Below, one piece after another: positions 24,973 to 34,011 of a stretch of DNA of 64,000 nucleotides (position 1 is the first letter of the stretch; every line of letters starts with the position of its first letter). Source of the stretch: Anaerolineae bacterium (GTDB lineage Bacteria > Chloroflexota > Anaerolineae > B4-G1 > DUEL01); the NCBI GenBank assembly GCA_025060135.1, contig JANXCY010000004.1, positions 34,341 to 98,340 on the forward strand, read 5' to 3'. The notes beneath the pieces are model-generated. The model was not told the DNA's origin and made no database searches. It saw only the letters and a list, made by a program, of their open reading frames with translations. Made by a program: the position numbers and the translations under genes.

Positions 24973-26322
24973 ATGAAATATCATATCTGGACCATTGGGT
25001 GTCAGATGAATGAAGCGGACTCCCAACGGCTGGCGGCGGCGCTGGAGCACCTGGGATACGCTCCGACCCCCCGGGCCGAGGAGGCTGATGTCATTGTGCT
25101 GAACACCTGCGTCGTCCGGCAGCAGGCGGAAGACCGGGTCTACGGACGTCTGAATTCCCTGCGCCCCCTGAAAGCCCGCCGCCCGGACGTGGTCATCGGC
25201 CTGATGGGATGTCTGGTGGGCCGCCGGGACCCGACCCCCCTGCGCGAGCGGTTCCCATGGGTAGACGTCTTCGCCCCACCCTCCGACCCCGGGCCGCTGC
25301 TGGACTATCTGGCCGAGCGGGGAGGGGCCGATATGGGACGGGCATTGATAGCAGAAGAGGCGGCCCGTTTGATCCCCGTCCCTTTTCGTCTGCCGCGCCA
25401 GGGAAATGGCCACCCGGTTACCGCTTACGTTCCCGCCGTCCTGGGCTGTTCCCATGCCTGCACCTACTGCATTATCCCCTACCGCCGGGGGCCGGAACGC
25501 AGCCGACCGATGGAGGAGATTCTGGCCGAGGCACGCGCACTGGTCGCCCAGGGAGTGAAAGAAATCACCCTGCTGGGTCAGATCGTGGATCGCTACGGAT
25601 ATGACCTGTACCCTCAGAGCGACCGTCCTCCGCTGGTGAGCCTGTTGGAGCGGCTCCACGAAATAGAAGAGCTGGAACGCATCCGCTTCCTGACCAGCCA
25701 CCCCTCCTGGATGACGGACGATCTCCTGGAGGCGGTAGCCCGTCTGCCCAAAGTCTGCGAGCACCTGGAGGTGCCGGTGCAGGCGGGGGATGACCAAATC
25801 CTGGCCCGGATGCGCCGAGGCTACACCGTCGACGACTATCGCCGCCTGGTGAAACGAGCCCGCGCGCTCATCCCGGGTGTCTCTATAGCCACTGATGTCA
25901 TCGTGGGCTTCCCAGGAGAGACAGAGGCCCAGTTCAGGCGGACGTATGACCTGCTGGCGGAACTGCGCCTGGATAAGGCCCATATCGCCCGATATTCCCC
26001 CCGTCCTCAAACCCTGGCGGCCCGCCGCTATCCAGATGACGTTCCGCCAGAGGAGAAGGAGCGCCGCCGCCAGATGCTGGATGACCTGCAGGCCCGCATC
26101 GCGGCCGAGATCAACGCCCAACTGGTGGGGCAAGAAGTAGAAGTGCTGGTAGAGGGCCAGAAAAAGGGCCGCTGGTGGGGCCGTACCCGGACCGACAAAC
26201 GGGTCTTCTTTGAAAGCCCGCACGACCGGACCGGTCAGCGGGTCCGGGTGCGCATCACCTGGGCCGGGCCCTGGTCGCTGATCGGGACCGTTACTGAACT
26301 CGAAATCCGGAGTGGGGAGTAG
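24973..26322 (+). CDS. miaB: tRNA-i6A37 methylthiotransferase (radical SAM, TRAM).
   Basis: MKYHIWTIGCQMNEADS..., radical SAM CSHACTYCIIP, and a C-terminal TRAM-like region. Confidence 0.9.
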   Translation: MKYHIWTIGCQMNEADSQRLAAALEHLGYAPTPRAEEADVIVLNTCVVRQQAEDRVYGRLNSLRPLKARRPDVVIGLMGCLVGRRDPTPLRERFPWVDVFAPPSDPGPLLDYLAERGGADMGRALIAEEAARLIPVPFRLPRQGNGHPVTAYVPAVLGCSHACTYCIIPYRRGPERSRPMEEILAEARALVAQGVKEITLLGQIVDRYGYDLYPQSDRPPLVSLLERLHEIEELERIRFLTSHPSWMTDDLLEAVARLPKVCEHLEVPVQAGDDQILARMRRGYTVDDYRRLVKRARALIPGVSIATDVIVGFPGETEAQFRRTYDLLAELRLDKAHIARYSPRPQTLAARRYPDDVPPEEKERRRQMLDDLQARIAAEINAQLVGQEVEVLVEGQKKGRWWGRTRTDKRVFFESPHDRTGQRVRVRITWAGPWSLIGTVTELEIRSGE

Positions 26323-26325
26323 GCC

Positions 26326-28359
26326 TTGACCGAGTCTCAGAAGCGGAATCCTTCCGAGCCCGAAGAAGAGACCCATAAGCCGCCGGACGATCTTTCCACC
26401 CGGGTCATCCCGGGACTGGCGGCCCGGGTGGGGAGCCGGGTGTTGGCGGAGCCAGCCGTACCGGCTCCTGCCGCCGCCCCACCGACCCGTCCGATTGGGC
26501 CAGTGTCCCCCTCGCCGAAGCGGACGGAAGGGTGGCTCCCAGAAGGAACCGTCCTCCAGAACCGCTACCGCATCCTGGGCGTCCTGGGAGCCGGGGGGAT
26601 GAGCGTCGTCTATAAGGCCCAGGACCTGCGCTTCCCCAAGGTTACCCGCCTTTGTGCCATCAAGGAGATGCTGAACACCACCACCGACCCCCGACTGCGG
26701 GCCCTGATGGTTCAGAACTTTGAGCGGGAAGCCAGCATCCTGGCCACCCTCAGCCATCCAGCCATCCCTCAGGTGTACGATTACTTCACCGAAGGCGACC
26801 GGGCGTATCTGGTAACGGAATTTATCTCAGGCAAAGACCTGGAAGCGCTGCTGAACGAAACAGAGGGCTTCTTCTCGGAGGCCCAGGTGGTTCAGTGGGC
26901 GATCCAGATTTGCGATGTGCTCACGTATCTCCATACCCGCCAGCCCCAACCGGTCGTCTTCCGAGATATGAAGCCCTCCAATATTATGCTGGATGACCAG
27001 GGGCGGATTCACCTGGTGGATTTCGGCATCGCCAAAGTGTTCCAGAGCGGAGAGAAGGGAACGATGATCGGCACGGAGGGGTACTCTCCGCCGGAGCAGT
27101 ACCGGGGGATCGCCGAGCCCCGGGGGGACATCTACGCGCTGGGGGCCACACTCCACCATCTGCTGACCAAACAGGACCCCCGCCTGGAGCCGCCTTTCTC
27201 GTTCCAGAAGCGACCCATTCACCAGTATAACCCGGCCGTCTCTGCCGAACTGCAGGAGATTATCTACCGGGCCCTGGAATACGACGTCCAGAAACGGTTC
27301 GGGTCGGCGGAGGAGATGAAACGGGCCCTTCTCTCCCTCAAATCCGCCCGTGGGCTGGCCGCCACCGCCTACATCTCCGCACCGGAAACGGTTCGACCCG
27401 ACGCGCTGAAAGTGATCTGGCAGTTCGCCTGCGAGGACGAAGTGCGCTCCAGCCCCTGCATCCACGAGGGTATTCTCTACATCGGTGCCTACGACAACAA
27501 CCTATACGCCCTGGATGCCGAAACGGGGAAGTTTCTCTGGAAATATGCTGCCGAGGGCGGCATTGCTTCCTCTCCGGTAGTGGCCGAGGGGAGAGTCTTC
27601 TTCGGGTCCATTGACCATTCACTCTACGCCGTCAACGCCGAGACGGGACGCCTTCTGTGGACCTGTCCCACCAAAGGGCGCATCTTTGCTTCGCCCCGCG
27701 TCCAGTTCGGACACGTCTTCATTGGCTCTGACGACCATCGCTTCTACGCGGTGAATGTGGCCAACGGGCGAGTGGCGTGGAGTGTAGAGACAGAAGGGGC
27801 CATCCGCTCCACCCCGGCCATTGGCCCGGATGCTATCTACTTCGGCGACGAGGCAGGCATCCTGAACGCGGTGGGTGTGAATGGTCGTCTGCTCTGGCGA
27901 TTCCGGGCCCGACGGGCGTTAACCTCTTCCCCCGCGATCGCCCACGACCTGCTCTATGTGGGCTCTCAGGACTGGTTCGTCTATGCACTGGACCTGCGGG
28001 CGGGCTGGGTAGTCTGGCGTTACCGCACCGATGGGCCGGTGGTCTCCTCTCCAACCGTGGTTGGGAACACGCTCTACATTGGCTCGGCCGACGGGCACGT
28101 GTACGCCCTGGATGCCACCAACGGCTATCTGGTCTGGCGGTACCGGACCGGGGGACAGGTTACCTCTTCGCCGACCGTCCACCAGGGCGCGGTGTACGTG
28201 GGGTCTGTGGACGGGTGCCTTTATTCGCTGGATGCCCAAACCGGGCAACTGCGCTGGCGCTTCCAGACCGGCGGCCCGGTGGTCTCTAGCCCTCGGGCAG
28301 TGAACGACATCGTCTATTTCGGCTCGCTGGACCACAATGTCTACGCGTTGCCGATTTGA
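26326..28359 (+). CDS. Ser/Thr protein kinase with a C-terminal PQQ-type beta-propeller.
   Basis: GAGGMSVVYKA, VVFRDMKPSNIML, DFGIAK and GTEGYSPPE mark the kinase. At least 6 repeats of the ...LYALDA.TG...W type follow. Confidence 0.9.
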   Translation: MTESQKRNPSEPEEETHKPPDDLSTRVIPGLAARVGSRVLAEPAVPAPAAAPPTRPIGPVSPSPKRTEGWLPEGTVLQNRYRILGVLGAGGMSVVYKAQDLRFPKVTRLCAIKEMLNTTTDPRLRALMVQNFEREASILATLSHPAIPQVYDYFTEGDRAYLVTEFISGKDLEALLNETEGFFSEAQVVQWAIQICDVLTYLHTRQPQPVVFRDMKPSNIMLDDQGRIHLVDFGIAKVFQSGEKGTMIGTEGYSPPEQYRGIAEPRGDIYALGATLHHLLTKQDPRLEPPFSFQKRPIHQYNPAVSAELQEIIYRALEYDVQKRFGSAEEMKRALLSLKSARGLAATAYISAPETVRPDALKVIWQFACEDEVRSSPCIHEGILYIGAYDNNLYALDAETGKFLWKYAAEGGIASSPVVAEGRVFFGSIDHSLYAVNAETGRLLWTCPTKGRIFASPRVQFGHVFIGSDDHRFYAVNVANGRVAWSVETEGAIRSTPAIGPDAIYFGDEAGILNAVGVNGRLLWRFRARRALTSSPAIAHDLLYVGSQDWFVYALDLRAGWVVWRYRTDGPVVSSPTVVGNTLYIGSADGHVYALDATNGYLVWRYRTGGQVTSSPTVHQGAVYVGSVDGCLYSLDAQTGQLRWRFQTGGPVVSSPRAVNDIVYFGSLDHNVYALPI

Positions 28360-29287
28360 GGAATCAATCCATCCTACCCCTGGAGTCAAGGCCTTGCACT
28401 GGAAATCGTGGCTTCACCGTTTGCGGTGGATGTTCCAGCGGGAGAGAGAACGGCCCGCACCTCCGACCACCCCCGGGCCTGAGCCTCGCCGTCCCCCCCG
28501 GATGGAAGTGGGGTGGGCCACCGATGTAGGGCGACAACGAAGTCTCAACGAAGACGCGGTGCTGGTGATGGAGGCCTGGCAGGAGGGACACTACGCCATG
28601 CCCCCGGTGGGTCTCTTCCTTCTGGCAGATGGCATGGGAGGCCACCGGGCCGGTGAGGTGGCCAGCGCGCTGGCGGTGCGGACGGCGGCTCGCCACATCC
28701 TGCAGAATCTATGGGCCGCGCTTTCGGACCAGCATCACAGCGCTGATGAGCCATCCCTCCAAGAGGTATTGACCGACGCCTTCCGTCGGGCGCACGAAGC
28801 CGTTACCGGGCGTGTGCCCGGCGGCGGAACGACCCTGTTGTGCGCGCTGCTGCTGGGGGATCGGGCCTACATCGCCAACGTTGGAGACAGCCGGGCCTAT
28901 CTGGTCTCTCCCCAGGGCTGTCGGCAGATTACCCGAGACCACTCGGTGGTGGATATGATGGTAGAACTGGGACAGATGACGGCGGAGGAAGCGGCCCGTC
29001 ACCCCCAGCGGAATGTGCTCTACCGAGCAGTGGGACAGCGGGGAACGCTGGAAGTGGATACGTTTATCTGCACCCTGTCGCCCGGTGAGGTCCTGCTGCT
29101 CTGCTCCGATGGCCTGTGGGAAACCGTGGGAGGAGCAGAAATCGTTCGGGTGGTAACGGCCTCCGCCTCGCTTCAGGAGGCGTGCGACACCCTGGTGGAG
29201 AAGGCCAATCAGGCCGGAGGCCGGGATAACATCAGCGTCATCCTCGCCGCACCCGGTTGTGAGGGAAGTGTGGCTTCCGGAGTGTAA
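28337..29287 (+). CDS. PP2C-family Ser/Thr phosphatase.
   Basis: ATDVGRQRSLNEDA, LADGMGGHRAGEVAS, NVGDSRAY and GGRDNISV. The start is uncertain: 28337 overlaps the kinase by 23 nt, and internal Met codons exist. Confidence 0.85.
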   Translation: MSTRCRFEESIHPTPGVKALHWKSWLHRLRWMFQRERERPAPPTTPGPEPRRPPRMEVGWATDVGRQRSLNEDAVLVMEAWQEGHYAMPPVGLFLLADGMGGHRAGEVASALAVRTAARHILQNLWAALSDQHHSADEPSLQEVLTDAFRRAHEAVTGRVPGGGTTLLCALLLGDRAYIANVGDSRAYLVSPQGCRQITRDHSVVDMMVELGQMTAEEAARHPQRNVLYRAVGQRGTLEVDTFICTLSPGEVLLLCSDGLWETVGGAEIVRVVTASASLQEACDTLVEKANQAGGRDNISVILAAPGCEGSVASGV

Positions 29288-29289
29288 GG

Positions 29290-30765
29290 ATGCGGGAGGG
29301 CGAAAAGGACTTATACGCTATACTGGGGGTCTCCCCACTGGCCACCCAGGAGGAAATCCGACACGCGTACCGCAAACTGGTCCGGCGGTTCCACCCGGAT
29401 AGCGGTTCGGAAGAGGCCTCGGCGGAGCGGTTCCAAGAGGTCCAAGAAGCCTATCAGGTCCTGGGAGACATCGCCCGCCGGCAGGCCTACGACCGGCGAC
29501 GGGCCGAGCGGGGGGAGAGCCCGACCACCGCCCTGGCATGGGACATCCTGGTCAGCCGCCAGCAACTCCTGGCGCTGCCGGAAGAACAGATGCTCTACCT
29601 GCTGGTGGACTTGAAGCCGTCCGGTCAAACGACCTTCAAACGGATTCCCCTGAACCTGTGCCTGGTCATTGACCAGAGCACCTCTATGGACGGCGACCGG
29701 CTGGACCACGTCAAAGTGGCCGCCCACCAGATTGTGGACGAGTTAACCAAAGAGGACATCGTCGGGGTGGTCGCGTTTAACGACCGGGCCACCATCATGC
29801 ATCCCAGCCAGGCCCTGACCGAACCGCTGCGAGTCCATGCCCGCATCTCCTCAATCTGGGCCGGCGGAGGGACGGAGATCTTCCAGGGATTGCGGGCCGG
29901 CCTGGAAGAAGTCCGCCGATTCCATCGCAAAGGCGAGATGCTCAGCCATGTCATTCTGTTGACCGATGGGCGGACCTATGGCGATGAGGAACATTGCCTT
30001 GCCGAAGCCCGACGGGCAGCGGCGGAGGGGATCGAGATCACAGTCCTGGGCATTGGCGAAGATTGGAATGACGTCTTTCTGGACCGGCTGGCCCGTCAGA
30101 CCGGAGGGACTTCTGCCTACATCGCGTATCCTCAGCAGGTTCGCGGGGTGATGCGGGACCTGATCCAGCGGCTTTCCATGCTGTTGGCCCGGAACGTTAC
30201 GCTGACGGTTCGTTCCACCGAACGGGCATGGGTAGAGAACGCATTCCGCGCGGCCCCGTTTATAGAACGCCTGAGCGCCGAGGGAGGAGTGTACACGCTG
30301 GGCAATTTGCTGGCCGGAAGGCCCATGCAGGTCCTCCTGGAAATCGTAGTGCAGGAACCAACGCCCGGGTTCCATCGCCTGGCCCAACTGGAGATGAACG
30401 CGGAAATCCCCTCGTTCCACCGGCAGGAACGGCTCATCTTTGACCTGGAGCGGGAGTTCGTATCCGAAGAGGTGGAAGAACCGGTATCGCCGATCTTGGT
30501 GAATGTCCTCAGCCGGCTGAGCATCTTCCGGATGCAGGAGCAGGTCTGGAAGGCGCTGGATACCGGACGGACCGAGGAGGCCCGGCAGCGGCTGGAGACC
30601 ATTGCCACCCGCCTGCTGGATATGGGGGAGGCTGAACTGGCACACGTGGCCTTGCTGGAAGCCGGACGGATCGCCCAGGGCGGGCAAATGTCCAGCAAGG
30701 GCGAGAAGGTGATCCGTTACGGCACCCGGGGCCTGGGTTTAAAAGAAGGGAGGGAATGGGAATGA
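29290..30765 (+). CDS. J-domain (DnaJ-like) + von Willebrand factor A domain protein with an uncharacterised C-terminal half.
   Basis: DLYAILGVSPLATQEEIRHAYRKLVRRFHPD carries the HPD motif. The vWA MIDAS is LCLVIDQSTSMDG...GGGTEI...LLTDG. Confidence 0.85.
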   Translation: MREGEKDLYAILGVSPLATQEEIRHAYRKLVRRFHPDSGSEEASAERFQEVQEAYQVLGDIARRQAYDRRRAERGESPTTALAWDILVSRQQLLALPEEQMLYLLVDLKPSGQTTFKRIPLNLCLVIDQSTSMDGDRLDHVKVAAHQIVDELTKEDIVGVVAFNDRATIMHPSQALTEPLRVHARISSIWAGGGTEIFQGLRAGLEEVRRFHRKGEMLSHVILLTDGRTYGDEEHCLAEARRAAAEGIEITVLGIGEDWNDVFLDRLARQTGGTSAYIAYPQQVRGVMRDLIQRLSMLLARNVTLTVRSTERAWVENAFRAAPFIERLSAEGGVYTLGNLLAGRPMQVLLEIVVQEPTPGFHRLAQLEMNAEIPSFHRQERLIFDLEREFVSEEVEEPVSPILVNVLSRLSIFRMQEQVWKALDTGRTEEARQRLETIATRLLDMGEAELAHVALLEAGRIAQGGQMSSKGEKVIRYGTRGLGLKEGREWE

Positions 30766-31304
30766 TAGAGTGTCCATCCTGCAGCAAGCAGCATCGGTTG
30801 GGCACCCTATTCTGCACCGAATGCGGCGTCTATCTCCCAACGAGCAAGACGTTGCGGACCGAGCCGTTCCCCACCGATGAACTGGCGGCGCCTCGCGCCG
30901 CAACCTGGGAAGTGGAAACGTTGGAACCTCAGCGAGAACGAGCCCCCCAGGTGGTGCGAGTGCGCATCCTGCATACCCAGCGGGAAGTCGTTCTTCCCGC
31001 CCTGCCCGAACTGCTGCTGGGGAGACTGGACCCAACCCATGGGATTTTCCCCCATCTGGACCTGGGCGTAGAGGATGGGTTAAAAATGGGGGTGTCCCGG
31101 CGCCATGCCCGGATTACCCAGCGGGAAGGCAAGGTGTACATAGAGGACGTGGGAAGCGCCAACGGCACCTTCCTGAATGGCCAGCGCCTGACCCCTTATC
31201 TGCCGTATCCCCTTCCCAAAGAATCCGAGGTCCAGTTGGGCCGCCTGCGCCTGCACGTTACGATTGGTACCGGTGAGGGGACAGAGCAAGCATCGGTCCG
31301 TTAA
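30756..31304 (+). CDS. Zinc-ribbon + FHA domain protein.
   Basis: CPSC-x12-CTEC lies at the N-terminus. The FHA core is LGRLDP...VSRRHARITQREGKVYIEDVGSANGTFLNGQRL. Confidence 0.85.
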   Translation: MGMIECPSCSKQHRLGTLFCTECGVYLPTSKTLRTEPFPTDELAAPRAATWEVETLEPQRERAPQVVRVRILHTQREVVLPALPELLLGRLDPTHGIFPHLDLGVEDGLKMGVSRRHARITQREGKVYIEDVGSANGTFLNGQRLTPYLPYPLPKESEVQLGRLRLHVTIGTGEGTEQASVR

Positions 31305-31351
31305 CGCCCGGAGCCCAGACTCCGGCGCCCCGCGGGCTCAGGAGGTGGCAT

Positions 31352-31594
31352 ATGCCGATGACGGTTCTGATTCATATGATGAACGAAGACCCGATTGTGG
31401 CGGAAATTGAGCGCGTTCCGGAACCCACGGACCAATTTCTGGTTTGTGAGAACCCCCGCCGCCGGGACGGACGGGAAATCCAGTACCTCCTCCCGGAAGT
31501 TCGCTCGTTGATCCTCCCATGGCACCGGATCCATTGTGTGGAGATTCTGCCCACCGGTGAGGAAGAGCAATTGGTAACGTTCGTACGGGAATAA
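31352..31594 (+). CDS. Small hypothetical protein (80 aa), predicted mostly beta.
   Basis: Track ORF. AGGAGG lies about 8 nt upstream, the composition is normal, and it ends 3 nt before the response-regulator gene. I recognise no motif. Confidence 0.55.
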   Translation: MPMTVLIHMMNEDPIVAEIERVPEPTDQFLVCENPRRRDGREIQYLLPEVRSLILPWHRIHCVEILPTGEEEQLVTFVRE

Positions 31595-31597
31595 CGG

Positions 31598-32341
31598 ATG
31601 AGCGGGAAACAATCCTCCGGCCCTCTCCTCCTCATCGTGGATGACGAGGAAAAAATCCTCCGGTTCGTACGTATGAACCTGGAACTGGAAGGGTTTCGAA
31701 TCATCACGGCGACATCGGGAATCGAAGCACTCCAACGGGTTCGCTCCGTTCACCCGGACCTGATTCTACTGGACGTGATGATGCCGGACATGGATGGCTT
31801 TGAGACACTCCGACTTCTGCGAGAGTTCTCCGACGTGCCCGTCATTATGCTGACGGTTCGCTCCGATGAGGACGATATCGTCTACGGATTGCGCCTGGGC
31901 GCAGATGACTACATCACCAAACCCTTCAGCATACGGGAACTGGTCAGCCGTATCCACGCCGTCCTCCGGCGGGCCCGTCCGATGGTTCCACCGGAGTCCG
32001 CCGTCCTGAAGATTGACGACTATCTCAGCGTGGATTACAACCTTCAGGAGGTGATCGTGGGGGGAAAGCGAGCGAAACTCCGCCCCACGGAGTTTCGTCT
32101 CCTCAGCGTGCTGATTGAGAACGCCGGATGGGTGGTCCCTCAGGAAACCCTGCTGACCAAAGTTTGGGGGCCCGAATACCGGGATGAGACCCACTACGTC
32201 CGTTTATATATCGCCTATCTCCGCAAGAAGATTGAGCCAGACCCTTCCAACCCGCGCTACATTTTCACCGAGCGAGGGGTAGGGTACCGCTTTGTGGATT
32301 TCCGACGGGCTGCAGAAACAGGGGCAGGAGGAAAGCCATGA
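31598..32341 (+). CDS. OmpR/PhoB-family response regulator (receiver + winged helix).
   Basis: LLIVDDE...[14 protein letters not shown]...MLTVRS...DDYITKPF, then [11 protein letters not shown]...GVGYRF. Confidence 0.9.
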   Translation: MSGKQSSGPLLLIVDDEEKILRFVRMNLELEGFRIITATSGIEALQRVRSVHPDLILLDVMMPDMDGFETLRLLREFSDVPVIMLTVRSDEDDIVYGLRLGADDYITKPFSIRELVSRIHAVLRRARPMVPPESAVLKIDDYLSVDYNLQEVIVGGKRAKLRPTEFRLLSVLIENAGWVVPQETLLTKVWGPEYRDETHYVRLYIAYLRKKIEPDPSNPRYIFTERGVGYRFVDFRRAAETGAGGKP

Positions 32342-32844
32342 AGTCCTGCAAAGTAGTCATCACCGGCGCATTCAACACCGGGAAGAGCGCCTTTATCCAG
32401 GCGGCCTCTGACATCGCCGTCGTCAGCACAGAGAAGCGCATCACCGATGCCCTGTCCCAGGTAAAGGAAACCACCACGGTGGCCCTGGATTACGGACAGA
32501 CCACGGTGGAAGGGTGGCGATTTCACCTCTACGGGACACCCGGCCAGCCGCGCTTTGAGTTTATGTGGGATATTCTGGCTCGGGATGGCGATGCCCTCCT
32601 GGTCTTGGTGGATAGCACCGACCGCTCCACCCTGACGCTGGCCCGCCAACTCCTGCGACGCCTGGCCCGTCGGCGAATGCCTTATCTGGTGGTAGCGACC
32701 AAACAGGACGGACATCGTCCCATGCCTCTGCCGGAGATTGCCCGGGCCCTGGGGGTATCTTCCCGACAGGTGGTCGCCTGCGATCCCCGGCAGAGGGCCA
32801 GCACGCACGCGGTGCTGGCCCACCTCGCCCGGTTATTGGGGTAA
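32338..32844 (+). CDS. Small Ras-like GTPase of the MglA/CvnD (COG2229-like) type.
   Basis: G1 is GAFNTGKS, G3 is YGTPGQPRF and G4 is ATKQD. Its ATG overlaps the regulator's stop (ATGA). Confidence 0.8.
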   Translation: MKSCKVVITGAFNTGKSAFIQAASDIAVVSTEKRITDALSQVKETTTVALDYGQTTVEGWRFHLYGTPGQPRFEFMWDILARDGDALLVLVDSTDRSTLTLARQLLRRLARRRMPYLVVATKQDGHRPMPLPEIARALGVSSRQVVACDPRQRASTHAVLAHLARLLG

Positions 32845-33129
32845 TCTCTGCTCCGGGGCAGCCAACGCCTTCAGCGGCCCCACCACCTGCACATCCACCG
32901 GAATCCCCTCTATCTCCTTCGGGATGAGGTCCCCCGGCGCCAATTCCTCCGGTGGCACCTTTTGGGTGACCGAGACGATGAGGGCCAGTTCGCCCGTATA
33001 CTGCCCACCCCGCTGGCGGAGGCCGATGCCCACCCCAACGACGTTCGCTTTGCGCATCAACTCCGCCTCATGCGCCCTCTTGATCGCCTGAACGCGCGCC
33101 ATCTCATCCGATTGCCCCATTTCCCCCAC
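32833..33129 (-). CDS. Hypothetical protein (98 aa).
   Basis: Track ORF. It is the last gene of the alaX-MBL strand, with normal composition (…ELMRKANVVGVGIGLRQ…). Its 3' end overlaps the convergent GTPase gene by 12 nt. Confidence 0.5.
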   Translation of the reverse strand: MGEMGQSDEMARVQAIKRAHEAELMRKANVVGVGIGLRQRGGQYTGELALIVSVTQKVPPEELAPGDLIPKEIEGIPVDVQVVGPLKALAAPEQRLPQ

Positions 33130-33153
33130 TCCGCATGAGGCCTGATCCTCGCT

Positions 33154-33999
33154 TTACTCCAGCGCCTTTAACTCTTCCAACCAGCGCTCCAATCCGGTCC
33201 GAATCTGGAGGAGCAGCGGCTCCCCTTCACCCTCCGATGAGAAGAATCGCTGCGCCAGGGCCTCCGCGACCACCGTTAAGTTGGGAGAGGGGATTTCAGC
33301 GAGCGCAGCCTGCAGGTACTGATAGGCCGATCGGAGATACCCCGTCAACGGCGCAGCGACTTCTGGCCCACCCACCGGCCCCCGGCCTGGCACGACCACC
33401 CGGGCCGGCGGAGTCCCTCCCTCCAGTCGGTCCAATACCTCCAGCCAGCGGGTCGGAGATGGCACCTCCGCCAGAGGGGGATAGGAGTGAAGCACCACGT
33501 CGCCTGCAAATAGCACCCTCTGGGAAGGTAGCCAGACCCACACATTGCCCGCCGATGGGCCAGGGACAGACTCTACATTCACCGGAATCTCATCTTCCAG
33601 CGTGATGCGTCCCTCCACCACCAGTTCCGGAAGCGGGACGCTTTCCAGGTCCGGAGGGAGAATGGGCTTCCCCTGAGCAGCGTGGCGGCGGTTCCAATCC
33701 TCCACTAGTGCCTGCAGCAAGCCGTCGCCTCGCTCCCGGATGGTCTGCCAGGTCCCGCGCCCGGCGATAAGGGGAACTCCTACCCAGAGCGCTCCCAGCA
33801 ACCGGTCCGGATGGGCATCGGTCAGAACAAGATAGCGGAGAGGACGCCCAAGAGCCCGAGCAGTCTTCCGCCACGCCTGATGGTCGGAGGGAAACGGGGG
33901 CGCATCTATCGCTACCATCCATCGCCCGGTTACCACCAGGCCCACGTTGATCCCCGGATAGACAGAAGAGACGTAGACGCCGGGAGCCACCTCGTTCAT
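33154..33999 (-). CDS. Metallo-beta-lactamase-fold protein with a degenerate metal motif.
   Basis: The overall MBL pattern is present (…VAIDAPP…YLVLTDAHPDRLLG…), but D-A-H-P-D-R replaces H-x-H-x-D-H. Confidence 0.7.
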   Translation of the reverse strand: MNEVAPGVYVSSVYPGINVGLVVTGRWMVAIDAPPFPSDHQAWRKTARALGRPLRYLVLTDAHPDRLLGALWVGVPLIAGRGTWQTIRERGDGLLQALVEDWNRRHAAQGKPILPPDLESVPLPELVVEGRITLEDEIPVNVESVPGPSAGNVWVWLPSQRVLFAGDVVLHSYPPLAEVPSPTRWLEVLDRLEGGTPPARVVVPGRGPVGGPEVAAPLTGYLRSAYQYLQAALAEIPSPNLTVVAEALAQRFFSSEGEGEPLLLQIRTGLERWLEELKALE

Positions 34000-34011
34000 C
34001 CTACCGTCCCC

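Noticed and set aside
24697-26757. A 686-aa minus-strand ORF.
   Set aside because: It is antisense to miaB and the Ser/Thr kinase, and it runs across the family A repeat and the miaB promoter.
28337-28500. The possibility that the PP2C N-terminal ~55 residues form a separate small gene or regulatory peptide.
   Set aside because: There is no independent stop. The region is in frame with the PP2C core and most simply reflects start-codon uncertainty.
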